The notes below the pieces were generated by a model. The model worked only from the letters and a program-made list of their open reading frames with translations. It was not told where the DNA came from and searched no databases. The translations under genes were made by a program, and so were the position numbers. A DNA stretch of 64,000 nucleotides from an uncultured delta proteobacterium (GTDB lineage Bacteria > Desulfobacterota > Binatia > Binatales > Binataceae), in contig CAVWLM010000002.1 in the NCBI GenBank assembly GCA_963755905.1, positions 672,944 to 736,943 on the forward strand. Reading direction: 5' to 3'. Positions 1 through 10,082 of this stretch are shown one piece after another (position 1 is the first letter of the stretch; every line of letters starts with the position of its first letter).

Positions 1-17
1 TCATAACGGACCAGAAG

Positions 18-1259
18 ATGGGCGATGGTGAAGGTTTGGATGTCCTGGCAGCGGCGCGGGAGGCCGATCCGACTCTGTCCGTCGTGTTTCTTACCGCGTT
101 TGCGACAATCGAACTCGCCGTCGAGAGTATGCGGCGCGGCGCGTTTGATTTCATTACCAAGCCCTTCGTTCCAGAAGTTCTGATGGTATCAGCGAATCGC
201 GCGATGGAGCACACGCGACTGGTGCGCGAGAACAGCAGGCTTCACGACACTCTGGTGCGACTTGAAGACTCGTCGGAGATCACAGGGCGCAGCGGGTTAA
301 TCCGTCAGCTCCGCGAGAGAATTGCACGGGTTGCACCCACCAACGCTACCGTGCTCATTGCTGGAGAAACCGGGACCGGCAAAGAGTTGGTAGCGCGCGC
401 AATCCATCGTAGTAGCTTGCGTGCCCAAAAGCGGTTGGTCGCTGTGAATTGCGCGGCGTTCACCGAAACGCTTCTCGAAAGCGAGTTGTTCGGACACGAA
501 CGCGGAGCATTCACCGGCGCCGATCGCCCGCGCGAGGGCGTTTTCGAAGCCGCACACGAAGGCACGCTCTTTCTCGACGAGGCCGCCGAAATGTCGCTGC
601 CAGCGCAGGCCAAGCTATTGCGCGTGTTGACCGACGGCTTGGTCACGCGGCTTGGATCGACCAAACCCCGTCACACCGATGTTCGGTTGCTGGTCGCGAC
701 CAATCGGGATTTAAAACGGCGCGTTCAGGAAGGCCATTTTCGCGAAGATCTGTACTATCGACTGGCGGTGGTTCCGCTAACGGTTCCTCCACTGCGCGAC
801 CATCGTGAGGATGTCCCCGAGCTTTGTGTTCACTTTTTGGCGCAAGCTGTCCGGGATCTTAAAACCCCGCCGCGCAGAATCAGTACGGAAGCGATTCAAA
901 CCCTCCTAAGCTACGACTTTCCCGGCAATATTCGCGAACTTCGCAATCTTATCGAGCGCGCGTGCATTCTCTCCGCCGCGGAAGAAATCACTCCGGAGAA
1001 CTTCCCGGTGTCTAAGCCGCGCAGTGCGAATGGCGCCGTGCCGCGCAGTTCCGCCGAGCTCACTCCCGACCAGCTGGCGGAAATGATTCCGGAGAGGCAC
1101 AACCTTCGAGATTTCCTGGCATCGTTGGAGAAAGCGGTGATTCAGCGGGCGCTGAAAATAACCGACGGCGCGCAGGCAGAGGTTGCGCGCCGGCTTGGAA
1201 TGTCGAAAAGCGATCTTTCATACAAGCTCGGCAAACATCGCATCAAGGATGCGGGTTGA
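18..1259 (+). CDS. Sigma-54-dependent Fis-family response regulator (NtrC-like), 5'-partial (runs off window start)
   Basis: Tail of a receiver domain followed by an AAA+ sigma-54 activator core. Motifs: Walker A GETGTGKE, ESELFGHE, GAFTGA. C-terminal Fis-type HTH (AEVARRLGMSKSDLSYKL). Confidence 0.9.
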   Translation: MGDGEGLDVLAAAREADPTLSVVFLTAFATIELAVESMRRGAFDFITKPFVPEVLMVSANRAMEHTRLVRENSRLHDTLVRLEDSSEITGRSGLIRQLRERIARVAPTNATVLIAGETGTGKELVARAIHRSSLRAQKRLVAVNCAAFTETLLESELFGHERGAFTGADRPREGVFEAAHEGTLFLDEAAEMSLPAQAKLLRVLTDGLVTRLGSTKPRHTDVRLLVATNRDLKRRVQEGHFREDLYYRLAVVPLTVPPLRDHREDVPELCVHFLAQAVRDLKTPPRRISTEAIQTLLSYDFPGNIRELRNLIERACILSAAEEITPENFPVSKPRSANGAVPRSSAELTPDQLAEMIPERHNLRDFLASLEKAVIQRALKITDGAQAEVARRLGMSKSDLSYKLGKHRIKDAG

Positions 1260-2065
1260 TGGGCTGGAACTATGAGGCTCGCCATGATCGCGTTCTCCGA
1301 GTGATACTTCCGCTATCCATCTGCATGATCGGACTGTTTGCGGCTGCGCGACCATCGCATGCGATCGATTTCTACGAAATCGAGATTTACGACACGGACA
1401 CGACGCCGGCCGGTCATCTGCAACTCGAACTGCATTCGAACACGACCTCGACGGCGACCGGGCAGCTCGCGAAAAGCCAGATCGACGTTTACCAGGTACA
1501 CGAGACGGTCGAGGCGACCTACGGAGTTCTGCGCTGGCTCGAAGTCGGCCAGTATCTCTGCACCGCGAAGCTCTCGAATGGCGATTACGAATACTCCGGA
1601 TCGCGCACCAAAGTTCATTTCGGCATTCCACAGACCTTCGAATGGCCGGTGCAGTTCGGCGGCAATGTCGAACTCGACTACATGCGGCATGCGGCCGAGG
1701 AAAATCCGACGACGCTTGAGCTGCGTCCGATTGCAGGCGCAAACTACAAGGCGTTTCGGCTAGTGGGGAACTTCGCGTTCGAGGATCCATTCAGCGGTCC
1801 GGGCGCACATCACGGAATGCAATTCGATCCGTCCGGCATGCTGGTCTACAAGCTCAACGACTGGCTGTCACCGGCGGTCGAGTACTACGGCGATATGGGT
1901 TCGATCCAGCCGTTGGCCAAGGTGCAGGAGCAGCAGCATTTCATCGTGCCAGCCCTGAATTTCGATTTCATACCGCAACTCGAGCTCAACCTTGGAGTTG
2001 GCATCGGAGTGACTCGCGCCAGCAATGGGATATTTCTGAAATCTATCGTCGGCTGGACGTTTTAG
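1256..2065 (+). CDS. Putative outer-membrane beta-barrel protein with signal peptide
   Basis: Start overlaps the regulator stop (TGATG). N-terminal hydrophobic signal sequence ending AARPSHA. Alternating amphipathic segments. C-terminal ...GWTF aromatic terminus typical of OMPs. Confidence 0.4.
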   Translation: MMGWNYEARHDRVLRVILPLSICMIGLFAAARPSHAIDFYEIEIYDTDTTPAGHLQLELHSNTTSTATGQLAKSQIDVYQVHETVEATYGVLRWLEVGQYLCTAKLSNGDYEYSGSRTKVHFGIPQTFEWPVQFGGNVELDYMRHAAEENPTTLELRPIAGANYKAFRLVGNFAFEDPFSGPGAHHGMQFDPSGMLVYKLNDWLSPAVEYYGDMGSIQPLAKVQEQQHFIVPALNFDFIPQLELNLGVGIGVTRASNGIFLKSIVGWTF

Positions 2066-2446
2066 ACCACGACTACCCGATGCATGCGCGAGATGGCGCA
2101 TCAGCAAAGCCTTTGGAGACATCTGACTCGGCTGTGGGGAGTTGGAGGCTATCTGTAGCGTCGCGACACAAGCGACGGGTAGAGGGTTGCGGCTGCGAAA
2201 ACTGGTTAACAATTACCTGCCGCTCGCCTCGCGCTCCAGTGCGTTCAAACCGTTGATCATCGACGTGTCCGATCGATACGAATTTCTCTGAACTTTCAAC
2301 CAGGCGAAAACACATTTAGTCTAGCTTTGACGAGAGATTACGGTTAAAAGTTCGAGTACGATGATAGATTGCAGACTTAACACGCAATTTCCCTCGACTG
2401 CGAGCGCTCGTCAGCGATTAGACGCCGAGACGAGGAGGAATCTACC

Positions 2447-3316
2447 GTGAACTTGAAGAGCATCTCAGTCTCTTGCGTAGCGGTACTGGCTGTCTTGTTC
2501 ATGTTTGCTCCAAGCGTACCAGGCGCCGAATGCACACCAGTTGTCTATGCTTTTCGTCACGCCGAAGACTTCGACACCCGCCAGCCAGAACAACCGTGCC
2601 TTCCCGGCTCATCGGTAAAATGCACGACCAAGCTGACGCCGATAGGGATGGAGCATGCGAATCTTTATCTTGAGATGATTTCAAACCTTGAAAACAAGGA
2701 AAATTTCTGCAGACTAGCGGCGGTCTACGCAGTAAACCCCATCCTTCCCAATGGTGATGGTGGTACGACAAATCCATACTTTACCGGCGACCCTTTGGCC
2801 AACGATCTGTTTGACCTCAACCCGTACGTTGACGTGCTCGACAACGGCATCGATCAGAATTTGAAACAATTTGACCACGAGGCATTGTTCACGGCGTTGA
2901 TCCAAATAGCAAAAGCTAGCGGGTCAGTTGCGTTTTTCTGGACGAGCGAGGGTTTGCATGATCTAGGTATATTTCTGGGTACTGAAATTATTCCGAAGAA
3001 AGGTGGTCCGACTCCGCCGAGGAATGCCGCCTATATTTTTAGATTCGACGGAACCGGCGCGTTTCTTCCGCCATCCAAGACCGATGAATTTGTTCAATGC
3101 TTCAACTACGCAAAGGGCGGTAAGGCAAAAAACAACTTTACCAACAGATTTTACTGCGGTAGAGGATCTAACAGTAACCTCGACGTACCCCAAAGCGATT
3201 TCGATAAACTCCACGGAAGGATTTGCGCGCCAGGCACTGCCGATTTTACGCGAGTGACCAATCCTCCAGACTATTATGGCTACTGTGAATCGCCGCCAAC
3301 GGGCGCAGCACCATAG
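2447..3316 (+). CDS. Secreted Cys-rich hypothetical protein
   Basis: RBS GAGGAGG upstream of a GTG start. Signal peptide MNLKSISVSCVAVLAVLFMFAPSVPGA. At least 10 Cys. Sits in a locally lower-GC patch. Confidence 0.5.
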   Translation: MNLKSISVSCVAVLAVLFMFAPSVPGAECTPVVYAFRHAEDFDTRQPEQPCLPGSSVKCTTKLTPIGMEHANLYLEMISNLENKENFCRLAAVYAVNPILPNGDGGTTNPYFTGDPLANDLFDLNPYVDVLDNGIDQNLKQFDHEALFTALIQIAKASGSVAFFWTSEGLHDLGIFLGTEIIPKKGGPTPPRNAAYIFRFDGTGAFLPPSKTDEFVQCFNYAKGGKAKNNFTNRFYCGRGSNSNLDVPQSDFDKLHGRICAPGTADFTRVTNPPDYYGYCESPPTGAAP

Positions 3317-3388
3317 GCTCCGGCACTAAAGAGTCGGCCACTGCAAAGCTCTGGCGGATGTTGCGCGATCTAGTTGTCCGACAAGAGG

Positions 3389-3577
3389 TCAACCCCACTC
3401 GGATGCGCGCGACTGAAAGCGCGACAGGTAGGGAAGAGCTTTGCGACGGATGGATCCGATAATTCGCTCTACGTAAACGTTCTGCCAGGTAGAGAGTGGT
3501 GAGATCGGCCACAGACGAAGCCTTCGCATGTGACGGCGCGCACCGTCTTTTAAGGTTGGTGCGCGCCGCCGACCCAT
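3389..3577 (-). pseudogene. Transposase (rve/DDE integrase-type) C-terminal remnant
   Basis: Peptide ...STWQNVYVERIIGSIRR... matches the conserved C-terminal box of rve-domain IS transposases (compare [19 protein letters not shown] in the intact IS3 OrfB at 10740-11696). No intact catalytic region upstream. Confidence 0.4.
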
Positions 3578-3878
3578 CTTCAGATGACGTAGCGCGGTCT
3601 TACGCGGCTAGTTTCATTGCGACCTTGTGCTCAATGAGATTTGTGATCAATCGGCGTGTTCTTTCGACGAATGCAAGCTTCTCGGCGAGACAGGTCTCCA
3701 GCAGCACTCCGACGCCATAGTGCCCGGTCATGTCGGCGGCGGCAATTAGCGCCACGTACTTACCGATGCACAGGTGAATTGTTTGACCTTGCCTTGTCGA
3801 TTGTAGAAAGCGAGCGGAGCTGTTTTGTATGGAGAGGATTGACTTTAAATGACACAGCATTAAAGAGGGGGTCCGAAT

Positions 3879-5105
3879 ATGAAATCCAGCGATGGTAATA
3901 CGTGCGACCTCGTAGTAAACAACGCGAGAATCTTCGACGGTTCGGCCGTACTTGAGGGGCCGCACAATGTCGGAATTGCGGGCGACAGAATCCATTCGGT
4001 CAGCAGTTCGCCGATTGCTGGAAGTCGGCAAATTGATGCGCGAGGGCGATTTCTCATGCCAGGCCTTATCGACTGCCACATTCATCTTCTCAATATGTGG
4101 ACGGCAAAAGACGAGGCGACCATGGCGGCAGAGATCGAAACGGAATTGCCGAAACGTTTCAACGACTTCCTCAACGCGGGTGTGACGACCGTTAAATCGG
4201 TTGGTGACTCAGAGGATGACATCCTGAGCGTGCGCGCGAGGCTGGCCAGCGGCGAACTCGCCGGTCCCCGCTTGCTGGCAACCGGGGCAGCGTTTGCGGC
4301 TCCGGGCAGTCATCCGGCGACCACGGTCTTCGGTCAAAACCCATGGATGCGGTATCGCGCGACCGTCGAGACCGATTCGCCAGAGCAAGCGCGGGAAGCG
4401 GTGCAGCGCCTGGCCGGGAAGAAAGTCGATGCCGTCAAGATCGTTCATCAAGGCGGCTGCAAGCATGGCTCACCATATTTCTTCAAGGTCGAATTACTGA
4501 GAATCAATGTCCAGATTCTGAAGCTGGAAAAAACGGTGCTCGAAGCGATCATCGATGAAGCGCACCGGCAAGGGCTCAAGGCGACAGTTCATACCGTCGA
4601 TGCGGAGGCCGCAATCGAAGCGCTCGAAGCGGGCGCCGACGGCCTCGAACATGGGGTGATTGAGCATCGTCTGAAAGATGATCGCGTGGTCGAGCTCTTG
4701 CTGCGCAATCGCGCATCCTATGTGCCAACCCTGTGCTTGATAAGGCTCGAAGAGAAAACAGCGGACGTCAGATACGCCAATCTCAAGCAAGTCGCGGACG
4801 CGGGAGTCAGAGTCGCACTCGGCACGGACAGTTTCTGCGGCCTCGGCAAGTTCGGCGAGAACGCGATTGAAGAAGCAGAGCGTTCCTCACAGGCCGGGAT
4901 CGGGGCTGCGCAAATTCTGAGGATGGCGACCAAGGACGCCGCCGAGCACTTAGGCGTGGAAGACTTAGGTGTGGTGGCGCCGGGCAAGCTCGCGGATATA
5001 CTTCTGCTCGATGGCGATCCAACGACCTCTCTCGGCGCTCTCCGGAAACTATCAATGGTAATCCAGAACGGCGCTATTGTAGTCGACAATGGGCAAATCG
5101 CCTAA
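3879..5105 (+). CDS. Amidohydrolase-family metal-dependent hydrolase
   Basis: RBS AAAGAGGGGG upstream. N-terminal ...ARIFDG...MPGLIDCHIHL HxH metal-binding motif. Later Ala/Gly-rich TIM-barrel segments. 408 aa. Confidence 0.85.
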   Translation: MKSSDGNTCDLVVNNARIFDGSAVLEGPHNVGIAGDRIHSVSSSPIAGSRQIDARGRFLMPGLIDCHIHLLNMWTAKDEATMAAEIETELPKRFNDFLNAGVTTVKSVGDSEDDILSVRARLASGELAGPRLLATGAAFAAPGSHPATTVFGQNPWMRYRATVETDSPEQAREAVQRLAGKKVDAVKIVHQGGCKHGSPYFFKVELLRINVQILKLEKTVLEAIIDEAHRQGLKATVHTVDAEAAIEALEAGADGLEHGVIEHRLKDDRVVELLLRNRASYVPTLCLIRLEEKTADVRYANLKQVADAGVRVALGTDSFCGLGKFGENAIEEAERSSQAGIGAAQILRMATKDAAEHLGVEDLGVVAPGKLADILLLDGDPTTSLGALRKLSMVIQNGAIVVDNGQIA

Positions 5106-5166
5106 AACATTGCATAAGAACGCCGTTCGGTCACCGAGTAAGGTATTGATCGCGTACTCAACGAGG

Positions 5167-5943
5167 TCATGATCGCTGCCTTGTGCTGATAGATATGGCC
5201 GCAGCTTGAATTTCGTCTGCGGGAAAGATACTGGTCCAAATTGTTGGGTCCTCCACTAACTCAGACAGATTGCCATGGTCATCCGTGTCGTTCTCCCAGG
5301 AATCGAATCGCAATAACTTTCGCGGTGACAATCGCTCGGCCCAACCTACCTTCTCGAGCATTGGCCTAGGCGGGAACGCGTCAACATATCCTATGCAGAG
5401 GTATGCTACAGGCAAGATGGATTCCGGTATAGAAAAGATAGTCCTTATCGCGTCCTCGCGTAAAATGCTTACCCATCCTACCCCTAGTCCCTCGGCGCGT
5501 GCAGAGAGCCAGAGATTCTGGACGGCTAGGCAAGTAGAATAGACCTCAACATCCGCAATAGCAGTTTTACCTAGAACTCCCGGGCCGAAGCGCCCCGGTT
5601 CGCACGTGATGATTAGATTGACGGGAGCCTCCAAAATGCCCTCAAGTTTAAGCGACAGAAATTTAGCGCGTCGGTCGCCATCAAACTGTGCAGCGTTAGT
5701 TTGGCGCTCTTGTTCAAAAATCTGTTTGATTAAGCGGCGCCGCTTCAGATCTCTAACAATCAGGAAATTCCAGGGCTGTGTGAACCCCACGCTAGCTGCA
5801 TGGTGAGCGGCTACCAGCACGCGCGCTAGCACGTCTTCTGGAATTGGATCGGGCAGAAATTTTCGAATATCGCGGCGCCGGAAAACGGTCTCATAAAGGC
5901 CTCGGCGCAGATCTACCGGCATGCTAGGCGATTCGTATGTCAC
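5167..5943 (-). CDS. bluB: 5,6-dimethylbenzimidazole synthase BluB (nitroreductase fold)
   Basis: Strong similarity to remembered BluB sequence blocks: AAHHAASVGFTQPWNF, RRAKFLSLKLEGI, YSTCLAVQNLWLSARAEGLGVGWVSI, LCIGYVD...KVGWAERL. Confidence 0.8.
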   Translation of the reverse strand: MTYESPSMPVDLRRGLYETVFRRRDIRKFLPDPIPEDVLARVLVAAHHAASVGFTQPWNFLIVRDLKRRRLIKQIFEQERQTNAAQFDGDRRAKFLSLKLEGILEAPVNLIITCEPGRFGPGVLGKTAIADVEVYSTCLAVQNLWLSARAEGLGVGWVSILREDAIRTIFSIPESILPVAYLCIGYVDAFPPRPMLEKVGWAERLSPRKLLRFDSWENDTDDHGNLSELVEDPTIWTSIFPADEIQAAAISISTRQRS

Positions 5944-6116
5944 ATCCGACCTCGCGTGTGAATTTACTGTGAAGGAAAGGCAGTGCGCACAAACAATTAC
6001 GGCGAGTTCAGCCTTCTACTCGCGTTGACGAAGTCGAACTATCTGCATTCGGAATTTTCTCTCGACCCGAACGCGACTCAAAGGATCGAGTCGGAAGTTT
6101 TTGCGGTCGATGAATT

Positions 6117-6908
6117 TCAAGTGTCGTGTGCCCGCAGTGCCGACGACGGGAGGTGCCGGGCGATTTGTTTAAGATCCGAAATGAACCGCTTCATCTCCGC
6201 ATGCCTAGACTGATCGTCAGGCGCCCGTAAGATAGACGAGGGATGAACAGTCGCGGTAACCACCGGGGCAAGCGTCGACTCTACCAATTGTCCGCGCTGG
6301 CCCGACACGCGAAAGTTCTTCGATATTATCGCCTGAGCCGCCGTCGCGCCGAGGCAGACAATCGCCTTCGGGCGGACCTTCGCAATCTCGGCGTCCAGCC
6401 AGGGCCGGCAGGCGGCGATCTCTTCCGCGTTAGGTTTCTTATGAATTCTGAGCTTTCCGCGCTCCGTCGAGTTAAAATGTTTGACGATGTTTGTAACATA
6501 TACACGGCCGCGCTCGATCCCTGCCAGCGCAAATGCCTCGTCTAGCAGCTTTCCGGCGGGACCGACGAAGGGACGGCCCTCAATGTCCTCTCGATTGCCC
6601 GGTTGTTCGCCGACAAGCATCACCTCGGCTCGTCGATCACCTTCGCCGAATACGGCTTGCGTAGCTCGCCGCCAAATATCGCATCCGCGACACAATTGGA
6701 TCGCCTCTCGAAGTTCGAAAAGTGAATTACATGAAGTAATCAGATCGAACGGCGAGCTTTCAACCTTCTTTTTGCGAGGCATGCTTTGACGCTTTGAAGT
6801 GAACAAGCCTGCTGTCACGGCTTCAGCGTGTTCTCCCGCTCCAGGGACCGCCGCTGATGATAGGCGCGAACGAATTCGCCGCATCCAGTTACGCGATAGC
6901 TTCAACAT
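6117..6908 (-). CDS. Uracil-DNA glycosylase, family 4 (UdgA type)
   Basis: Motifs C..C, VFGEGDRRAEVMLVGEQPGNREDIEGRPFVGPAGKLL, VYVTNIVKH, HPSSILR. The true start is probably the internal Met near 6782 (MPRKKK...). The upstream extension is likely spurious. Confidence 0.8.
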   Translation of the reverse strand: MLKLSRNWMRRIRSRLSSAAVPGAGEHAEAVTAGLFTSKRQSMPRKKKVESSPFDLITSCNSLFELREAIQLCRGCDIWRRATQAVFGEGDRRAEVMLVGEQPGNREDIEGRPFVGPAGKLLDEAFALAGIERGRVYVTNIVKHFNSTERGKLRIHKKPNAEEIAACRPWLDAEIAKVRPKAIVCLGATAAQAIISKNFRVSGQRGQLVESTLAPVVTATVHPSSILRAPDDQSRHAEMKRFISDLKQIARHLPSSALRAHDT

Positions 6909-6943
6909 AACCTATAAACTTCGCGTGCAGATAGGCGTCGGAG

Positions 6944-7528
6944 ATGAAATCGCAGGCCGCAACATCCGCAGCCATGAGAGTTTATAAGGGCGTCACAACG
7001 AAACCACGCTTCGCTTTGCTCTGCATCTGCATGTTCCTCTCGGGTCTCTCGCGGGCAAGCGACACTCCACAGCTCGATATCGGCGCGCCACTCGATTTTC
7101 TGAGGTCATCGGAGCTGCACGATTCTTTCAACGAGCTTCACCATGGCCATCGTCACGAGGCTATCGACATAATGAGGCCGCGCGGCACCCCGATTCACTC
7201 GGTCACTAATGGCGTCATTCGAAAGCTTTTCACTAGCCGTCAGGGTGGCTTAACTATTTACGAATTCGACCGTGCGGGAACCTACTGCTACTACTATGCG
7301 CACCTGGACCGTTATGCGGCCAGGCTCCGCGAAGGGATGCCGATTTCGCGCGGCGACGTGATTGGGTACGTCGGCACGACGGGAAACTCCGCCCCGGACG
7401 CTCCTCAACTCCATTTCGCGATTTATCGCCTCGGTCCTGACAAAAATTGGTGGAATGGTGAGCCGATCGATCCCTATCCAATCCTACTGTCAGTCGCAGC
7501 CGGCAAACATCAATTCAAGAGCCGATAA
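6944..7528 (+). CDS. Secreted M23-family (LytM-type) metallopeptidase
   Basis: Signal peptide. LytM motifs HxxxD (HRHEAID) and HxH-like (QLHFAIY). GTTGNSAPDAPQLHF. Confidence 0.8.
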   Translation: MKSQAATSAAMRVYKGVTTKPRFALLCICMFLSGLSRASDTPQLDIGAPLDFLRSSELHDSFNELHHGHRHEAIDIMRPRGTPIHSVTNGVIRKLFTSRQGGLTIYEFDRAGTYCYYYAHLDRYAARLREGMPISRGDVIGYVGTTGNSAPDAPQLHFAIYRLGPDKNWWNGEPIDPYPILLSVAAGKHQFKSR

Positions 7529-7718
7529 AACTGTCGGCCCCAAAATGCGCAGAGATAGCTGGGACAGCACCGCATCTTCCGGGGATCGCGCCCCCGGCGC
7601 ACGCCACACAGATGCCGAGCGAACCGATCACGCGTTCGAGATACGCATTCTGACCAGACTTTCTGCAACGTGCGCGAACTCGAAGAGTGCCTGACATCAC
7701 CTTTGGCGAAGGCTCCAA
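7515..7718 (-). pseudogene. Possible second rve-transposase remnant
   Basis: Short peptide ...SGQNAYLERVIGS... resembles the C-terminal box seen at 3389-3577. Only about 13 aa of similarity. Sits in the M23/SDR intergenic region. Confidence 0.2.
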
Positions 7719-7857
7719 CGCTCGATCTAGGCGGCCAGGTTTTCTGGCCGGAAATAAGTCCTGCGCGGGACATGAGGGAGACGTTCAATTGAAAGGGCTC
7801 GTCAAAAGTGATTAGTGATGATGGATGCCAATTCTTTTGTGAGAGCCGACAATACGA

Positions 7858-8637
7858 ATGGACCCGATTAAAAAGCTCGATCGTTCGGTCAAGGGAAGGG
7901 CGGTACTGATCACCGGGGCGGCTAGTGGGATGGGCCGCGCTACCGCTCATTTGTTTGCCGCTGAAGGCGCGCTGGTGGCGTTGGCCGATATCCAAGAGAC
8001 CGTTCTGGCGCGCGTGGTTGAAGAAATCAGCTCTGAAGGGGGGAACGTGCGGGCCTGGCGGCTGGACGTTCTCGACCATGACGATATCAGGCGCGTGGTG
8101 AACGAAGCGGCGCAGCATTTCGGGCGCCTTGATATCCTGATCAACAACGCGGGATTCGCCGCGTTTCACGCGCTCGACGCGGAGGGTTACGATCAGGTTT
8201 GGGATCGCGCGATCAACGGCTTGCTCACTGCCCATCAGCGGCTCGTTCGCGCAGCACTGCCGCACCTGCGCAAGTCGGACGCGCCACGGATCGTCAATAT
8301 AGCCTCTACCGAGGGACTGGGTGCGACGCCTAACGACAGTCCCTACGTGGTGGCGAAGACCGGAGTAATCGGACTTACCCATGCGCTCGCCGTCGACCTT
8401 GGGCCTCACGGCATAACCGTCAACTGCATTTGTCCCGGCCCGATACGAACGGGTCTGACTGAGTCAATTCCCGAGGAACACAAGAGCCTTTTCGCCAAGC
8501 GGCGGACCGCCCTCAAACGTTACGGCTATCCGGAGGAAGTCGCGCACATCACTTTCAGCCTCTGCCTCCCGGCGGCTTCGTACATCACGGGCGCGGTCAT
8601 ACCCGTGGATGGTGGATTGACAATTCGAAACGCATGA
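7858..8637 (+). CDS. Short-chain dehydrogenase/reductase (SDR)
   Basis: TGAASGMGRA Rossmann motif, NNAGF, catalytic Y..K region (YVVAKTG), 259 aa. Confidence 0.9.
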   Translation: MDPIKKLDRSVKGRAVLITGAASGMGRATAHLFAAEGALVALADIQETVLARVVEEISSEGGNVRAWRLDVLDHDDIRRVVNEAAQHFGRLDILINNAGFAAFHALDAEGYDQVWDRAINGLLTAHQRLVRAALPHLRKSDAPRIVNIASTEGLGATPNDSPYVVAKTGVIGLTHALAVDLGPHGITVNCICPGPIRTGLTESIPEEHKSLFAKRRTALKRYGYPEEVAHITFSLCLPAASYITGAVIPVDGGLTIRNA

Positions 8638-8707
8638 CCGGTGTGTTTGTCGACCGGAACCCGACTGAGCGCGATGCGGGCGCGGGATCAAGGCGCCGAA
8701 GGCCACA

Positions 8708-9571
8708 TCACGAGGACTGAGCCAGCACGCCCAAGCGCTCGGCGAGGCGATTTAGCTCCCACTCTCTGGCGAGAGCGGACGCTTTTACCCAGGTTGGCGT
8801 CTGGTCTTCCAGGGATGGGAGGGGCGCCGACCTGTCCATCGTCGCTATCGAGCGGTATAGGCGCAGTTCGTCCGCCTGATCCGCGAATCTACCCTGTGCC
8901 AGCGCTCCTTCGAGGCTACCATACGTGCGCAGAAGGCCCGCTGCACCCTTGGGTCCGACCCCCCGGGCACCCGGCAGTCTGTCAGATGGGTCGCCGCGGA
9001 GCGCTATGAAATCGGGTACCTGTTCGGGTTCGACACCGTATCGCTCGCGTACTTCCTTGGGCCCTATGCGTGCCATTTCACCGGCGCGAACGGGCTGAAC
9101 GATGGTCGTCAATTCCGAGGCAAGTTGAAAAGCATCGCGGTCCCCAGTCGCCACAATTGCTCTTCCGCCGCGTTGCTCCTCGTGCGCGGCGGCAGCAGCG
9201 AGAAAATCATCCGCTTCGTAACCTGGAGCTTTCGCGCATACAAATCCGCAGGCAATGACTAACCGTGGCAGGACGTTAAGTTGATCCCGAAGCTCGAGAT
9301 CAAACTGACGCCCGCTCTGGTAGGCTGCAAGCGCACGATGGCGATAGGTTGGCACGTCCAGTGTATCCCAGGCCACGAGTACGGCCCGAGGTCGCTCGCC
9401 CTCATAGAGTCGCAGTAGGAAATTTGTAAAGCCGACGATTGCGCCTCCGCCTCTATTGCCGCGCCGGCGGATCGATTTGGGAATTGCGTGGTAGGCGCGG
9501 TGCGCAAACGAATCGCCGTCAATGACAAGCAACGGCCGAATCGAGTCATTGGCTATTTGTTCGATAGGCAC
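8708..9571 (-). CDS. 5'-3' exonuclease (FEN / Pol I N-terminal domain family)
   Basis: LLVIDGDSFAHRAYHA, GYEADDF, ATGDRDAFQL, H3TH region ALRGDPSDRLPGARGVGPKGAAGLL. Confidence 0.85.
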   Translation of the reverse strand: MPIEQIANDSIRPLLVIDGDSFAHRAYHAIPKSIRRRGNRGGGAIVGFTNFLLRLYEGERPRAVLVAWDTLDVPTYRHRALAAYQSGRQFDLELRDQLNVLPRLVIACGFVCAKAPGYEADDFLAAAAAHEEQRGGRAIVATGDRDAFQLASELTTIVQPVRAGEMARIGPKEVRERYGVEPEQVPDFIALRGDPSDRLPGARGVGPKGAAGLLRTYGSLEGALAQGRFADQADELRLYRSIATMDRSAPLPSLEDQTPTWVKASALAREWELNRLAERLGVLAQSS

Positions 9572-9899
9572 GACGGGTCCGTCGGTAAACGCCTTCCGAT
9601 TTCGCTTGGCGCATACCGTCTCCGGGGGGCGGGTATCGGCCAGCCTTCGTGATCGACCTTAACTTTCGCGGCCACAATGACCCTGCTTGCACTCGATGTT
9701 CGTGGCGTCGGAATGGGTCGCGTTTTGGAAATCCAGCACAAACTCACCACAAGCGGTTAAAATGATCGGCGGATCGTTCGTGACAAGCTCACCCAGGCCG
9801 ACCACAGATTGGCAGATCTGCCAAAGCTTCGTTTTCGATTCCATTATGCGTGCGGTAGCAGATGGATTCTTTGTTGCTATGGTTACTCCTCCTGTACGT

Positions 9900-10082
9900 T
9901 TATTTTTTCTTTCGCCCGGAATACGTATTTTTGACCAGCCTGTGGCTTTGGCCCTGCGACGCTACGTAGCCGCGAAGGGCGCGCCGGATCACCTGGGATA
10001 GGGTTTCGTCCCGCTCGGCCGCTACCTTCTCTGCTGCTTCCTTGAGCTCGTCGTCGATTCGAATTGTTAGGTTGCCCTGCAC
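9900..10082 (-). CDS. Ribbon-helix-helix (CopG/Arc-like) DNA-binding protein
   Basis: 60 aa. LTIRIDDELKEAAEKVAAERDETLSQVIRRALRGYV is a typical RHH beta-strand plus two helices. Lies upstream of, and on the same strand as, the 5'-3' exonuclease gene. Confidence 0.55.
   Translation of the reverse strand: MQGNLTIRIDDELKEAAEKVAAERDETLSQVIRRALRGYVASQGQSHRLVKNTYSGRKKK

Noticed and set aside
3600-4085. 161-aa minus-strand ORF upstream of the transposase remnant
   Set aside because: It overlaps the well-supported start of the amidohydrolase gene (RBS plus canonical N-terminus) by ~200 bp. At most its 3' part could be further transposase debris. It is not called as a gene.
7510-8409. 299-aa minus-strand ORF
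   Set aside because: It is antisense to a canonical SDR gene (7858-8637). Only its extreme 3' end holds the tiny transposase-like motif, which is reported separately.
9659-9844. 61-aa ORF downstream of the RHH gene
   Set aside because: It contains a perfect 16-bp palindrome that produces the same peptide on both strands. A regulatory site is more likely than coding sequence, so it is kept only as a finding.
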